DNA from: Ilumatobacteraceae bacterium | Lineage (GTDB): Bacteria; Actinomycetota; Acidimicrobiia; Acidimicrobiales; Ilumatobacteraceae | Direction of reading: 5' to 3' | Length of the DNA: 64,000 bases | Assembly (NCBI GenBank): GCA_009691255.1 | Contig: SHUT01000001.1 | Location: 865-64,864 of the forward strand | Shown here: piece by piece, positions 20,094 through 29,303 of the stretch | How positions within the stretch are numbered: the stretch's first letter is position 1 | Layout of the letters: every line of letters begins with the position of its first letter | Position numbers and translations under genes: made by a program | Notes under the pieces: model-generated | What the model saw: only the letters and a program-made list of their open reading frames with translations | Database searches by the model: none | What the model was told of the DNA's origin: nothing

Positions 20094-21313
20094 CGACTGC
20101 GTACGCTGACTGGGACGATGTCTTCAGTGCGGGCTGAGCACCCGGACATTTCTGTCATATCAGGTGTGTCGTCAATGATGCGCTTTGCAATGGCCAAAAA
20201 GACGCCAGCAGCTTTGCCGGTATTGGAGAGAACTACTGGTTCGCCAGAGTCTCCACCAGCAGCAACTGTTGATTCGATTGGCACTTGACCGAGTAGTTTG
20301 ACGCCTATTTCGTCTGCCAGTGTTTGTCCGCCACCGGTGCCAAACAACGCATATTGTGTGCCGTGATCACATTCGAACGTGCTCATGTTTTCGATTACGC
20401 CAGCGACGCGCAAGAAACTACGGCGTGCCATGTCTGCGGCACGAATAGCTACTTTTTGGGCAGAGACAGCAGGAGTTGTGACAATCAACAAGTCAGTGCG
20501 TGGCAACATGCGAGCAAGACCCATCTGCACGTCACCTGTCCCGGGTGGCATATCGATGAGCAAGTAATCAAGTTCTCCCCACTCAACATCGTGAAGAAAT
20601 TGCTCGACTGCTTTCGTGAGCATTAGGCCACGCCACATCAGCGCAGTGCTTTCGTCTTCGACCAACATTCCAGTCGAAACAACCTTAAGCAGACCCGAAC
20701 CAACAACCCGAACATTGGGCACGATCATGGGCTTGTCGCGGCCGTCAACTGCGCGTGCCTGCAGGCGATCGGGCATCCCGAGCATGCGCGGAATCGAGAA
20801 TCCCCAAATGTCGGCGTCTAACACGCCAACGGTTTTTCCGGCTTGGGCTAATGCGGCAGCCAAGTTGACGGTAACCGAACTTTTTCCGACCCCACCCTTG
20901 CCGCTGGCAATTGCCAAGATGCGCGTGTTGGCAGGGACCGCGGTATCAGACGCTTGTTCCTTGGCGTTCCAGCGCGCCCGAGTCATGACTGCGGTACGTT
21001 CGTCTGGGGTCATCTCGCCCCAATCAATAGTGACTTTGGTGATCGCTGGATGAGCAAGCAAGCGGGATTCAATGTCATTGCGGATCTGCACGCGCAGCGG
21101 ACACCCTTTAATGGTGAGTTTCATGGCTACCGTGACGAGCCCGTCAGTAAATGTGATGTCGCCAGCCATACCAAGGTCGACGATATTGTCTCCAAGCTCT
21201 GGGTCGATGACGGCACGCAGCAACGAGCGGATGTCATTAATACTGGGGGCCTGAGTTTGGCTCACATAAGTAGTGTATGGGGCTGTAGGGTGAAGGACAG
21301 ATATAAAGCTCAT
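20090..21313 (-). CDS. Mrp/ApbC-type Fe-S cluster carrier ATPase
   Basis: N-terminal DUF59-like IDPELGDNIVDLGM, then the deviant Walker A SGKGGVGKSS. The start is uncertain. Confidence 0.85.
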   Translation of the reverse strand: MSFISVLHPTAPYTTYVSQTQAPSINDIRSLLRAVIDPELGDNIVDLGMAGDITFTDGLVTVAMKLTIKGCPLRVQIRNDIESRLLAHPAITKVTIDWGEMTPDERTAVMTRARWNAKEQASDTAVPANTRILAIASGKGGVGKSSVTVNLAAALAQAGKTVGVLDADIWGFSIPRMLGMPDRLQARAVDGRDKPMIVPNVRVVGSGLLKVVSTGMLVEDESTALMWRGLMLTKAVEQFLHDVEWGELDYLLIDMPPGTGDVQMGLARMLPRTDLLIVTTPAVSAQKVAIRAADMARRSFLRVAGVIENMSTFECDHGTQYALFGTGGGQTLADEIGVKLLGQVPIESTVAAGGDSGEPVVLSNTGKAAGVFLAIAKRIIDDTPDMTEMSGCSARTEDIVPVSVRSR

Positions 21314-21342
21314 AATCCCCAGCCAAGCCTTTGGAGGTTCCC

Positions 21343-21663
21343 ATGATCACACTTACCGACGCAGCAGCAGTCAAAGTAGAGCAGTTGCTCCAAGACGAAG
21401 GCGCCGCCGAAATGGCCTTGCGCGTAGCCGTTAAGTCAGGCGGATGCTCAGGCTTTCAATACGACATGTATTTCGACGGTGACATCGCACCCGATGACAT
21501 CGTTGTTACATTTGGCGCAGTGCGCGTTGTTGTTGACCCAGCATCTGCTCCGCTGCTTGAAGGCGCAAGTCTTGATTTCAAAGATGGCCTCAACGAACAA
21601 GGTTTTGCAATCAGCAATCCTGGTGCCACACGCAGTTGCGGTTGTGGCAAATCTTTTAGCTGA
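21343..21663 (+). CDS. IscA/HesB/ErpA-family Fe-S cluster insertion protein
   Basis: GGCSGFQY and C-terminal SCGCGKSFS. ATG 21343 lies 5 nt after GGAGG. Confidence 0.85.
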   Translation: MITLTDAAAVKVEQLLQDEGAAEMALRVAVKSGGCSGFQYDMYFDGDIAPDDIVVTFGAVRVVVDPASAPLLEGASLDFKDGLNEQGFAISNPGATRSCGCGKSFS

Positions 21664-22549
21664 TTCCAGCTACTGACAACAGCACGTCGCGCACTTCTTC
21701 TTCGTTGAAGATGGCGTCGAGTCGTGCTCGAAGAATTCCTTGTGCGTCGGTTATGTACAAGGCTGGCTCATACGACATGTTGTAGGCGCTAACCGCTGGA
21801 GCAGGAGTCGTTGCGGTCGAATCTGAGTACACATCAGCATGGACAAACAGGGCTGAGTCGCCAACATTTTTTTGCACTGCAATAAGTGCGTCAAGAGCAG
21901 GAGCACATGTTCCGGTTTGGCAATACGCAGGCGTACCAATGAGATACACGACAGGTTTTCCGGAGCGAAGCGCATCGGTCAGTGTGACGCTATGAAATGG
22001 ACAGGTTCCTTCTACACGAGTACAAATTGGGTCGACACCGTTGTTGTTTGTAGTTGTTGGTGTGTCAAATGGTGGTAGCGCATCTCCAATGAGCGGAATC
22101 TGCACGGCAGTGCGTTGCAGTATTTGAAATGCGGCGCCATCTGCTGGACCGCCATCAACAACGAGCGAATAAATACCCGGAGTGTCTACGGTGACCGTGA
22201 ACGGCCAGTATGGCTGCGGAACACCTGTGGTGTGTTTTGTCGCAGTCACTTGCTGGATGACGGTTTTACCAGTGGCAGTCTCAATGACCTTGGCGCTAAG
22301 AGTTACTGGAAGATCAGTGTCTGCATCTGTAAGAACACCCTTTTGAACCGCTAATGAGATTGGCAAACGAACAGTGCCCGGCACTAGGACATTATTGGGA
22401 AACCGCTGCACAAGGGCCACGCCCTTAGGCAATGTCGGAGCCGACGAGCCTGCTGATGCGCCACACGCAGCCAAGGCAAAAGCGCCGACTGTTGTTGTGC
22501 CGGCATAGATCAAAAAAGTGCGCCGCGAGAACGGAGTAAGCGAAGTCAT
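21656..22549 (-). CDS. Tat-exported lipoprotein, possible thioredoxin-fold/SCO-like protein
   Basis: Twin-arginine motif SRRTFL, lipobox LAAC, and a Cys pair (CQTGTC) in the C-terminal domain. The function is not clear. Confidence 0.5.
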   Translation of the reverse strand: MTSLTPFSRRTFLIYAGTTTVGAFALAACGASAGSSAPTLPKGVALVQRFPNNVLVPGTVRLPISLAVQKGVLTDADTDLPVTLSAKVIETATGKTVIQQVTATKHTTGVPQPYWPFTVTVDTPGIYSLVVDGGPADGAAFQILQRTAVQIPLIGDALPPFDTPTTTNNNGVDPICTRVEGTCPFHSVTLTDALRSGKPVVYLIGTPAYCQTGTCAPALDALIAVQKNVGDSALFVHADVYSDSTATTPAPAVSAYNMSYEPALYITDAQGILRARLDAIFNEEEVRDVLLSVAGIS

Positions 22550-22594
22550 AACTGCAATCGTAGAGGAGTGGGGCTGTGACCTACAGTAAGACAC

Positions 22595-22957
22595 ATGGCC
22601 AAACAATCACCACCGACGAGTCCCTATACCCCAGCCGTGCGAGCCGGAGACTGGATCATTGTGTCTGGTCAACTTGGCATCAAAGACGGCGCCTTAGTGG
22701 CTGGAGGTGTGGCAGCGCAAACTGCCCAAGCAGTGGCCAACCTAAAGGCGCAACTCGCAACGATGGGGGCTTCACTCAAAGATGTCAGCAAGACGCTGTG
22801 CTTTCTTACAGACATGGACACCTTCGCAGTATTCAACGAAGCTTATGTCGCTGGCTTTGGTGATAGTCGCCCTGCGCGCAGCACTATTGGAGTTGCTGCG
22901 CTGCCGTTTAGTGGCGACGTAGAGATTGAAGCTTGGGCGTACAAGCCAGTACGCTGA
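22595..22957 (+). CDS. RidA/YjgF-family reactive-intermediate deaminase
   Basis: 120 aa with YTPAVRAGDWIIVSGQLG and ARSTIGVAALP...VEIEAWA. Confidence 0.8.
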   Translation: MAKQSPPTSPYTPAVRAGDWIIVSGQLGIKDGALVAGGVAAQTAQAVANLKAQLATMGASLKDVSKTLCFLTDMDTFAVFNEAYVAGFGDSRPARSTIGVAALPFSGDVEIEAWAYKPVR

Positions 22958-22962
22958 TAGTC

Positions 22963-23118
22963 ATGCCAGGCGTTATTCTTATTACTATCGCTTTACTTGC
23001 ATTTCCTATTGTCGTTGGCTTGTCAACTGCTGGTCTAGCGGCATTGATTGGACATTTTTTGTATTCAGATGCAGAGGTTCGCCACGAAGGTAGCGAACTG
23101 CTTGAGACCAACGTCTAG
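22963..23118 (+). CDS. possible small two-TM membrane protein
   Basis: 51 aa, hydrophobic (MPGVILITIALLAFPIVVGLSTAGLAALIGHFL). It exactly fills the gap between ridA and the decarboxylase gene. No homology support. Confidence 0.3.
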   Translation: MPGVILITIALLAFPIVVGLSTAGLAALIGHFLYSDAEVRHEGSELLETNV

Positions 23119-24507
23119 TTGTCAGAAACGACGCCGGTGGTAGCGATGCACCGGTTTGACCGGAAGAGCAAGAGACTGAGTTGGAAGATTCTGTCGTACG
23201 CCCTGCAACGAATTCGACGAGATTATCCGCTTGATCGGGGAAGAACTCCAGATGAATTACGTCAAGCCGCTGGCGTCACTATCACGCCGACGGGAATCGG
23301 CGGCAAAAGGGCATTGCAATTATGGAGAGATGTGTTGGCGCCGACTTGTATCACGGTTGATCATCCCAGATTCTTGGCATATGTGCCGTCAGCCCCAACA
23401 GAAGCAGCGGGATTATTTGACGTTGCCGTATCTGCGGCAAATGTTTATGCAGGCTCATGGCAAGAGGGGTCTGGTGCAGTATTTGCTGAGAACGAAGCAC
23501 TCCGCTGGCTTGCTGACGTTGCTGGGTTTTCTGCAACCGCTGGTGGAGTATTTGTCAGTGGCGGAACAGCTGGCAATTTGTCAGCACTTATCGCTGCGCG
23601 CTGGAACTGGCGTCATCATGCCAATGGTGCTTACGACAACGTACGCGGTGTAATCATCGCGTCGCGCGGCACGCATTCATCGATAGTTCAGTCTGCACGT
23701 GCAATGGACGCCGATGTCATTTGGGTTGACACAGATCCATGCGGACGCATGACCGGTGTCGCGACTCAGTTTGTTATTGACACCTTGTCTGAGCACGACA
23801 AATTAAGAGTGTTTGCAATTGTGGCGACAGGCGGAACAACAAATGTCGGTGTTGTCGACGACTTATCCGGCGTTGGTGATTGTGCTCGTAATTTGAATAC
23901 TTGGTTTCATGTTGATGCCGCGTATGGTGGCGCAGGTCTCATCGCCCCATCAGTTAGACATTTGTTCAACGGGATTGAACACGCCGATTCATATATTGTC
24001 GATCCACATAAATGGTTGTTTGCACCGTTTGATTGTTGTGCTTTGTTGTATGCCAATCCTCAGATTGCACGCGCAGCGCATACACAACATGCCGAATATT
24101 TAGATTCACTGCACCAAGATGATGCATGGAACCCATCCGATTACGCACATCATCTGTCACGACGGGCGCGTGGATTGCCGTTTTGGTTCAGTCTGGCAAC
24201 ATATGGCACCAATGAGTATCAGCGCTCAGTAGAAGTCACGCTTGATGTCACTCGCGCAGCAGCAAGACAGATCTCTGCACACCCAGATCTTGAATTAGTG
24301 ATGTTTCCTGAGCTGAGCATCGTGATATTTCGTCGTATTGGATGGTCAGCAGATCAATATTATGCGTGGTCCGACAAAGTTCTTAATGACGGAGTGGCGT
24401 TCGTGACACCCACGACATGGCAAAATGAAATCATGTTGCGACTCTGTATCGTTAATCCACTTACGTGTGCTCAAGACATTGCCACAGTGCTCGGAACCCT
24501 GAAGTAA
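23119..24507 (+). CDS. group II pyridoxal-phosphate-dependent decarboxylase
   Basis: HVDAAYGG and the PLP-lysine motif DPHKWL. 462 aa. The start (TTG 23119 or ATG 23146) is uncertain. Confidence 0.8.
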   Translation: MSETTPVVAMHRFDRKSKRLSWKILSYALQRIRRDYPLDRGRTPDELRQAAGVTITPTGIGGKRALQLWRDVLAPTCITVDHPRFLAYVPSAPTEAAGLFDVAVSAANVYAGSWQEGSGAVFAENEALRWLADVAGFSATAGGVFVSGGTAGNLSALIAARWNWRHHANGAYDNVRGVIIASRGTHSSIVQSARAMDADVIWVDTDPCGRMTGVATQFVIDTLSEHDKLRVFAIVATGGTTNVGVVDDLSGVGDCARNLNTWFHVDAAYGGAGLIAPSVRHLFNGIEHADSYIVDPHKWLFAPFDCCALLYANPQIARAAHTQHAEYLDSLHQDDAWNPSDYAHHLSRRARGLPFWFSLATYGTNEYQRSVEVTLDVTRAAARQISAHPDLELVMFPELSIVIFRRIGWSADQYYAWSDKVLNDGVAFVTPTTWQNEIMLRLCIVNPLTCAQDIATVLGTLK

Positions 24508-24511
24508 CCCG

Positions 24512-25891
24512 ATGAACACTCAACAAGTCGACCTTTTGATTGTCAATGCAGATCTCGTAGCAACTGTTGACGAGATGCGCCGCGAAATACCTGGTGGCTG
24601 GGTGGCCATCACTAATGGATTTATCTCAGCACTAGGGGGCGTGCGCGATGCCCTGCCGTTGGCTACACAAGTCATCGATGCCAGCGGGTGTTTAGTTACA
24701 CCTGGTCTGATTAATACTCACCACCACATGTACCAAAACCTCACACGAGCGTTTCCGCCGATGACAAATGCTGCGTTGTTCGGGTGGCTACAAACTTTGT
24801 ACCCACTCTGGAGTGTTCTTGACGAAGAAGGTGCTCATGTCTCGGCATGGGTAGGTCTGGCTGAACTCGCTCTCTCTGGTTGCACAACGTCGACGGATCA
24901 TCTGTATTTGCACCCGCACGGCGGCGGCGACTTGTTGTCAGCAGAAATTGCAGCGGCACAAGACTTGGGATTGCGGTTTCATCCCACTCGTGGCTCGATG
25001 TCGTTGTCGCAAAAGGATGGCGGATTACCGCCTGACAACGTGGTGCAAGAAGACGATGATATTTTGGCAGAGTCTCAGAGCGCAGTTGAACGTCATCACG
25101 ATCGCAGTCATGGTGCAATGGTTCGCATTGCACTTGCACCGTGTTCGCCTTTTAGCGTGACAAAAGATCTGATGATTCGTTCAGCAGAACTGGCTGAAAA
25201 ACTAGATGTACGTTTGCACACCCATTTTGCAGAAAATGTCGAAGATGATGATTTCTCTTTGCGGATGTTTGGATGTCGTCCATTTGAATATTTACGCGAG
25301 GTGGGTTGGCTCAGCAGTCGCACATGGGTTGCGCATTGTGTGATGCCTAACGCCGACGAAGTACGACAGTTAGGTGCAGCCGGAATCGGTGCCGCGCATT
25401 GCCCAAGTAGCAATATGATTATTTCTTCTGGCATTGCTCCTATCATCGAAATGCGGGCAGCTGGCGTGCACGTCGGACTCGGAGTAGACGGTTCATCTTC
25501 TGCTGACTGTGCATCGCTATGGATGGAGGCGCGAGAAGCAATGCTGTTGGCTAAGTTACGCAGTGGTGCGGGTGCCGCAGATGCTCGCATGGCGCTTGAG
25601 TGCGCCACGATTGGTGGTGCAGGATGTTTAGGTCGTCTTGGCGAAATCGGAAGCCTACAGATTGGTGCCGTCGGCGATGTTGCGGTGTGGTCACTTCAGG
25701 GCGTTCGATTTGCCGGAGCCATCGCCGACCCGATTGAAGCGTGGATGCGTTGTGGCCCAATCAGCGCGCGGGACACAATCGTGCATGGTCGAGCAGTAGT
25801 TCGTAATGGAGAACTTGTCAGCAAGCGAGTCGATGAAATGCTGGGTATTCATCGTCGAATCGCTAGCAAAATGCAACAACTCGCCGACTAG
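24512..25891 (+). CDS. amidohydrolase-superfamily deaminase (8-oxoguanine deaminase/chlorohydrolase-like)
   Basis: Metal-binding INTHHHMYQ and HTHFAE, and VAHCV. 459 aa. Confidence 0.75.
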   Translation: MNTQQVDLLIVNADLVATVDEMRREIPGGWVAITNGFISALGGVRDALPLATQVIDASGCLVTPGLINTHHHMYQNLTRAFPPMTNAALFGWLQTLYPLWSVLDEEGAHVSAWVGLAELALSGCTTSTDHLYLHPHGGGDLLSAEIAAAQDLGLRFHPTRGSMSLSQKDGGLPPDNVVQEDDDILAESQSAVERHHDRSHGAMVRIALAPCSPFSVTKDLMIRSAELAEKLDVRLHTHFAENVEDDDFSLRMFGCRPFEYLREVGWLSSRTWVAHCVMPNADEVRQLGAAGIGAAHCPSSNMIISSGIAPIIEMRAAGVHVGLGVDGSSSADCASLWMEAREAMLLAKLRSGAGAADARMALECATIGGAGCLGRLGEIGSLQIGAVGDVAVWSLQGVRFAGAIADPIEAWMRCGPISARDTIVHGRAVVRNGELVSKRVDEMLGIHRRIASKMQQLAD

Positions 25892-25980
25892 TCATCTTGA
25901 CTATGCATGCATTTTGGTTAAGTCTCGTTGTTATCTTTGGCGCGTTCTTGCTGATTGATGCGTTTAATTAGCAAGGATAA

Positions 25981-26676
25981 TCAGGTATTCCAGCGGGATT
26001 GACCAAATCGATATCCGACGCTGCGTACCGTTTGAATCAGGTTGGCGTGTTCTTCGCCCAGTTTTGCCCGCAAACGCCGAACATGAACGTCAACTGTGCG
26101 AGCTCCGCCGTAGTACTCGTAACCCCATACTCGTGAGAGCAGCATCTCGCGCGAAAATACCTTGCCAGGGTTCTGTGCCAAGAACTTCAAAAGTTCGTAT
26201 TCCATATATGTGAGATCAAGTGGGTGATTATTAAATGTTGCTTGGTATGTCTCAAGATTAAGTGCCAGACCACCGTGCTCGATCAGTTCTGGTTTTGTAC
26301 CGCCAACTGATTGCCATAGTAAGTGACGCAACCTTGCCTCAAGTTCGCGCGGATGAAATGGCGTCAGACAAAAGTCCTCATACAGATCATCGCGCAGTTC
26401 TAGGTCGCCGAGTTGTGCTCCTGACACCAACACCACCACAGGCGATATAGGCGTGTCGCGTTTGCGCAATGAGCGGGCGAACAGCCATGCAGACTCTGGG
26501 TCTTCGTCGCACACAATGATTGCACCTGACCAGCCATTAGCCGGTTCGTTACGTGTGGCTTCGTCCGCGTTAGAGACGGCTTTCCAGCGATAACCAGAAA
26601 GGTCGAGCATGCGCGCTAAATCAGTTGACGGTGGATCGGGATACACCACCAGCATGTCAAGAAAATTTGCCACCAT
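25981..26676 (-). CDS. glnR: OmpR-family orphan response regulator, GlnR-like
   Basis: The C-terminal winged helix LDLTYMEYELLKFLAQNPGKVFSREMLLSRVWGYEYYGGARTVDVHVRRLRAKLGEEH...VRSVGYRF closely resembles Streptomyces GlnR as I remember it. It lies 4 nt downstream of glnA. Confidence 0.7.
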   Translation of the reverse strand: MVANFLDMLVVYPDPPSTDLARMLDLSGYRWKAVSNADEATRNEPANGWSGAIIVCDEDPESAWLFARSLRKRDTPISPVVVLVSGAQLGDLELRDDLYEDFCLTPFHPRELEARLRHLLWQSVGGTKPELIEHGGLALNLETYQATFNNHPLDLTYMEYELLKFLAQNPGKVFSREMLLSRVWGYEYYGGARTVDVHVRRLRAKLGEEHANLIQTVRSVGYRFGQSRWNT

Positions 26677-26680
26677 GGTC

Positions 26681-28018
26681 TTAGATTGATTTCAGATAAC
26701 GCGTAAGTTCGTAGGGCGTCACTTGGGTTTTATATGCACGCCATTCGGAGCGTTTGTTGCGCAAAAACCATTCAAAGATGTGTTCACCGAGTGCTTCGAG
26801 CACGAGTGATGACTGCTCCATAATATGCAATGAATCAGAAAGTGATTGGGGAAGTTGATCTATGCCGAGTTTGAGTAAGACATCATCGCCCATCTCGAAT
26901 AAGTTGGCATCGGCCTCAGGTGCGAGTTCGTATCCGTCGCGGATTCCTTTGAGGCCGGCGGCCAAAATAACCGAAAAAGCCAAATACGGATTACATGCAG
27001 GGTCTGGTGAGCGGTATTCAATGCGAGTGGCACTTGCGTTGCCACGTTTGGCGATAGGGACACGAATCAAACCACTGCGGTTATTGCGCGCCCACGAGAT
27101 GTGGATTGGGGCTTCAAACCCAGGCACAAGTCGCTTGTAGCTATTGACGGTCTGATTCGTTACTGCTGTAATTTCTGCAGCGTGACGCAAAAGCCCCGCC
27201 ATAAACTGTTTAGCGACTGGCGACAAGTTATACGGATCAGATTCATTGTAGAAAGCATTGTTTTCGCCAGAGAATAACGACAAGTGCAGGTGCATGCCTG
27301 AGCCCTGCACGCCTTCAAGAGGCTTTGGCATAAAAGTTGCATGCACATTATGAATCGCAGCAATTTCTTTGACGACCATACGGAAAGTCATCACACTGTC
27401 AGCCATTGACAATGCATCAGTATGTCGCAGATCTATTTCTTGTTGGCTCGGTGCGTCTTCGTGGAAAGAATATTCCACAGGAATACCCATGGTCTCGAGT
27501 GTGCGGATTGTCTCTTTGCGCATTGATGACGAAACATCGTTGCTAGTGAGATCAAAGAACCCGCCTTCGTCTAGCGGTACAGGTTTTTGTCCAGCGACAG
27601 GTGGTTCGAAATAGAAATACTCCATATCTGGGGCAACAAGAAATTCAAAACCTTGAGCACGAGCAGCATCAAGATTGCGTCGCAACACCTGCCGGGGGTC
27701 TCCTTGAAATGGTGTTCCGTCCAAATTATGGATGTCACAGAACACCCTCGCCTCTGCGCCTTTGGCGTCTACCCAGGGCATGACTTCAAACGTGTTGGGA
27801 TCAGGGATCGCCAAAACATCGCTCTCTTGTAGTCGGCTGAAACCATCAATGGACGAACCGTCAAATGTCATTCCGTCATTGAGTGCGTTTTCGAGCTCTG
27901 CTGGACTGATGGCGAAACTTTTGAGATTTCCTAGGACATCTGTGAACCACAGGCGCACGAGTCGAACGCCACGTTCTTCAACGGTTCTTAGGACATAATC
28001 GCGCTGCTGGTCAAGCAT
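26681..28018 (-). CDS. glnA: glutamine synthetase type I (GSI-alpha/GlnA2-like, no adenylylation tyrosine)
   Basis: 446 aa from ATG 28018. VRLWFTDVLG, GSGMHLHLSLF and RIEYRSPD. NLFEM occupies the place of the NLYDLP adenylylation site. Confidence 0.9.
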   Translation of the reverse strand: MLDQQRDYVLRTVEERGVRLVRLWFTDVLGNLKSFAISPAELENALNDGMTFDGSSIDGFSRLQESDVLAIPDPNTFEVMPWVDAKGAEARVFCDIHNLDGTPFQGDPRQVLRRNLDAARAQGFEFLVAPDMEYFYFEPPVAGQKPVPLDEGGFFDLTSNDVSSSMRKETIRTLETMGIPVEYSFHEDAPSQQEIDLRHTDALSMADSVMTFRMVVKEIAAIHNVHATFMPKPLEGVQGSGMHLHLSLFSGENNAFYNESDPYNLSPVAKQFMAGLLRHAAEITAVTNQTVNSYKRLVPGFEAPIHISWARNNRSGLIRVPIAKRGNASATRIEYRSPDPACNPYLAFSVILAAGLKGIRDGYELAPEADANLFEMGDDVLLKLGIDQLPQSLSDSLHIMEQSSLVLEALGEHIFEWFLRNKRSEWRAYKTQVTPYELTRYLKSI

Positions 28019-28082
28019 TGGGGACATCCTCATATTCTGCCGTGAAAGTCGGTAAATCACCCACGGACTGTTGTTGATAAAG

Positions 28083-28113
28083 CACAACGGGGGGTATGAC
28101 GCCCCCCGTTGTG
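28083..28113 (-). terminator. perfect 12-bp GC-rich hairpin after the glnII stop
   Basis: CACAACGGGGGG / 7-nt loop / CCCCCCGTTGTG. It lies between the glnII stop (28144) and the glnA start (28018). On the minus strand it is followed by a weak U-tract (CUUUAU). Confidence 0.6.
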
Positions 28114-28143
28114 GAACATTTGATTATTCCCGAAGGAAAATGA

Positions 28144-29157
28144 TCAGTCACACACCGTTTCCAGGATGAGACGCGTGACTGTGTATGGGTCGCAGTTTGC
28201 GTTCGGGCGACGGTCTTCGGCGTAACCCTTTTGGTCGCGAGCAACTTGCCATGGGATGCGCACCGAAGCACTGCGGTTCGATACTCCGTAGGAGTACTTG
28301 TTCCATGGAGCAGTCTCATGCTTGCCGGTGAGGCGACTTTGAATATCATGGCCGTAGTTCTCGACATGCTCAAGAACTCGTGTTCCGAGTTTTTCGCATG
28401 CAGCAACAATGGCGTCGTATCCTTCGCGCATTGCCTTAGTGGAAAAGTTTGTGTGTGCACCTGCTCCGTTCCAGTCACCCTTTTCAGGCTTGGCAGCAAA
28501 CGAAATAACAACGTCGTATTCTTCGGCGATGCGATGCAATAACCAATGCGCGATGTACATCTGATCACTGACTGCCAAGGCATCAACTGGTCCGATCTGG
28601 AACTCCCATTGACCAGGCATGACTTCGGCGTTAGTGCCAACAATATTCAGACCGGCATCAATGCAGGCTTGTGTGTGCTCTTCGATGATGTCGCGACCCA
28701 TAACTCGTCCAGCTCCGACACCGCAGTAGTACGGGCCTTGTGGGCCTGGGTAACCACCGACGGGGAATCCAAGTGGCGAACCATCAAGGCGAAGCATTGT
28801 GTATTCCTGCTCAATACCGTAGATCATTTCTTGTGCAGCGTGTCGCTCGGCGACTACTTCGAGTGCTGCTCGGGTATTGGTGGGATGCGGTGAAGCATCT
28901 TTTGCCAACAACACTTCACACATCACCAAAATATTTTTTCCGCCACGGATCGGGTCTGGACATTGAAACACTGGCTTCAAGATGCAGTCAGAAGCTTCAC
29001 CTGTCGCTTGGTTTGTTGATGATCCGTCAAAACCCCACTCATCAAGAGGCATGTCCGAGATTGCTCCCGAGAAGTCGGGAAGGATTTTTGTCTTTGATCG
29101 CAGTAACTGGGTTGGTTGGGTTCCATCTAGCCAGATGTATTCAGCCTGAATTGGCAC
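28144..29157 (-). CDS. glnII: glutamine synthetase type II (eukaryote-like GSII)
   Basis: AEYIWLDG...LRSKTK N-terminus, GAGAHTNFS and RIPW. I prefer GTG 29157 (AAGGA 6 nt upstream, 337 aa). The ORF-track start is 29226. Confidence 0.85.
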   Translation of the reverse strand: MPIQAEYIWLDGTQPTQLLRSKTKILPDFSGAISDMPLDEWGFDGSSTNQATGEASDCILKPVFQCPDPIRGGKNILVMCEVLLAKDASPHPTNTRAALEVVAERHAAQEMIYGIEQEYTMLRLDGSPLGFPVGGYPGPQGPYYCGVGAGRVMGRDIIEEHTQACIDAGLNIVGTNAEVMPGQWEFQIGPVDALAVSDQMYIAHWLLHRIAEEYDVVISFAAKPEKGDWNGAGAHTNFSTKAMREGYDAIVAACEKLGTRVLEHVENYGHDIQSRLTGKHETAPWNKYSYGVSNRSASVRIPWQVARDQKGYAEDRRPNANCDPYTVTRLILETVCD

Positions 29158-29303
29158 AGCGTGTCCTTTGGGTGAGTCGGGTAAACCCGATGAATAAGTA
29201 GGTACATCCTGCCAAATTGCGAGCACGTCTCCATTGCCGAACTGTTACGGCTGTGTGAAATACCACAAGGAGGTGCCCGTGTTGGTTGGGTAGCCTCTGA
29301 AGC

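Noticed and set aside
28011-28643. 210-aa minus-strand ORF bridging the glnA start and the glnII 3' end.
   Set aside because: It is out of frame with glnII over most of its length, and it crosses the 12-bp terminator hairpin. It shows no protein-like motifs.
29244-29261. Possible GlnR box (GTTAC…GAAAT) in the glnII/nadE divergent region.
   Set aside because: The spacing between half-sites (8 nt) does not fit the gTnAc-n6-GaAAc pattern, and only one a/b pair is visible. That is too weak to call without a matrix scan.
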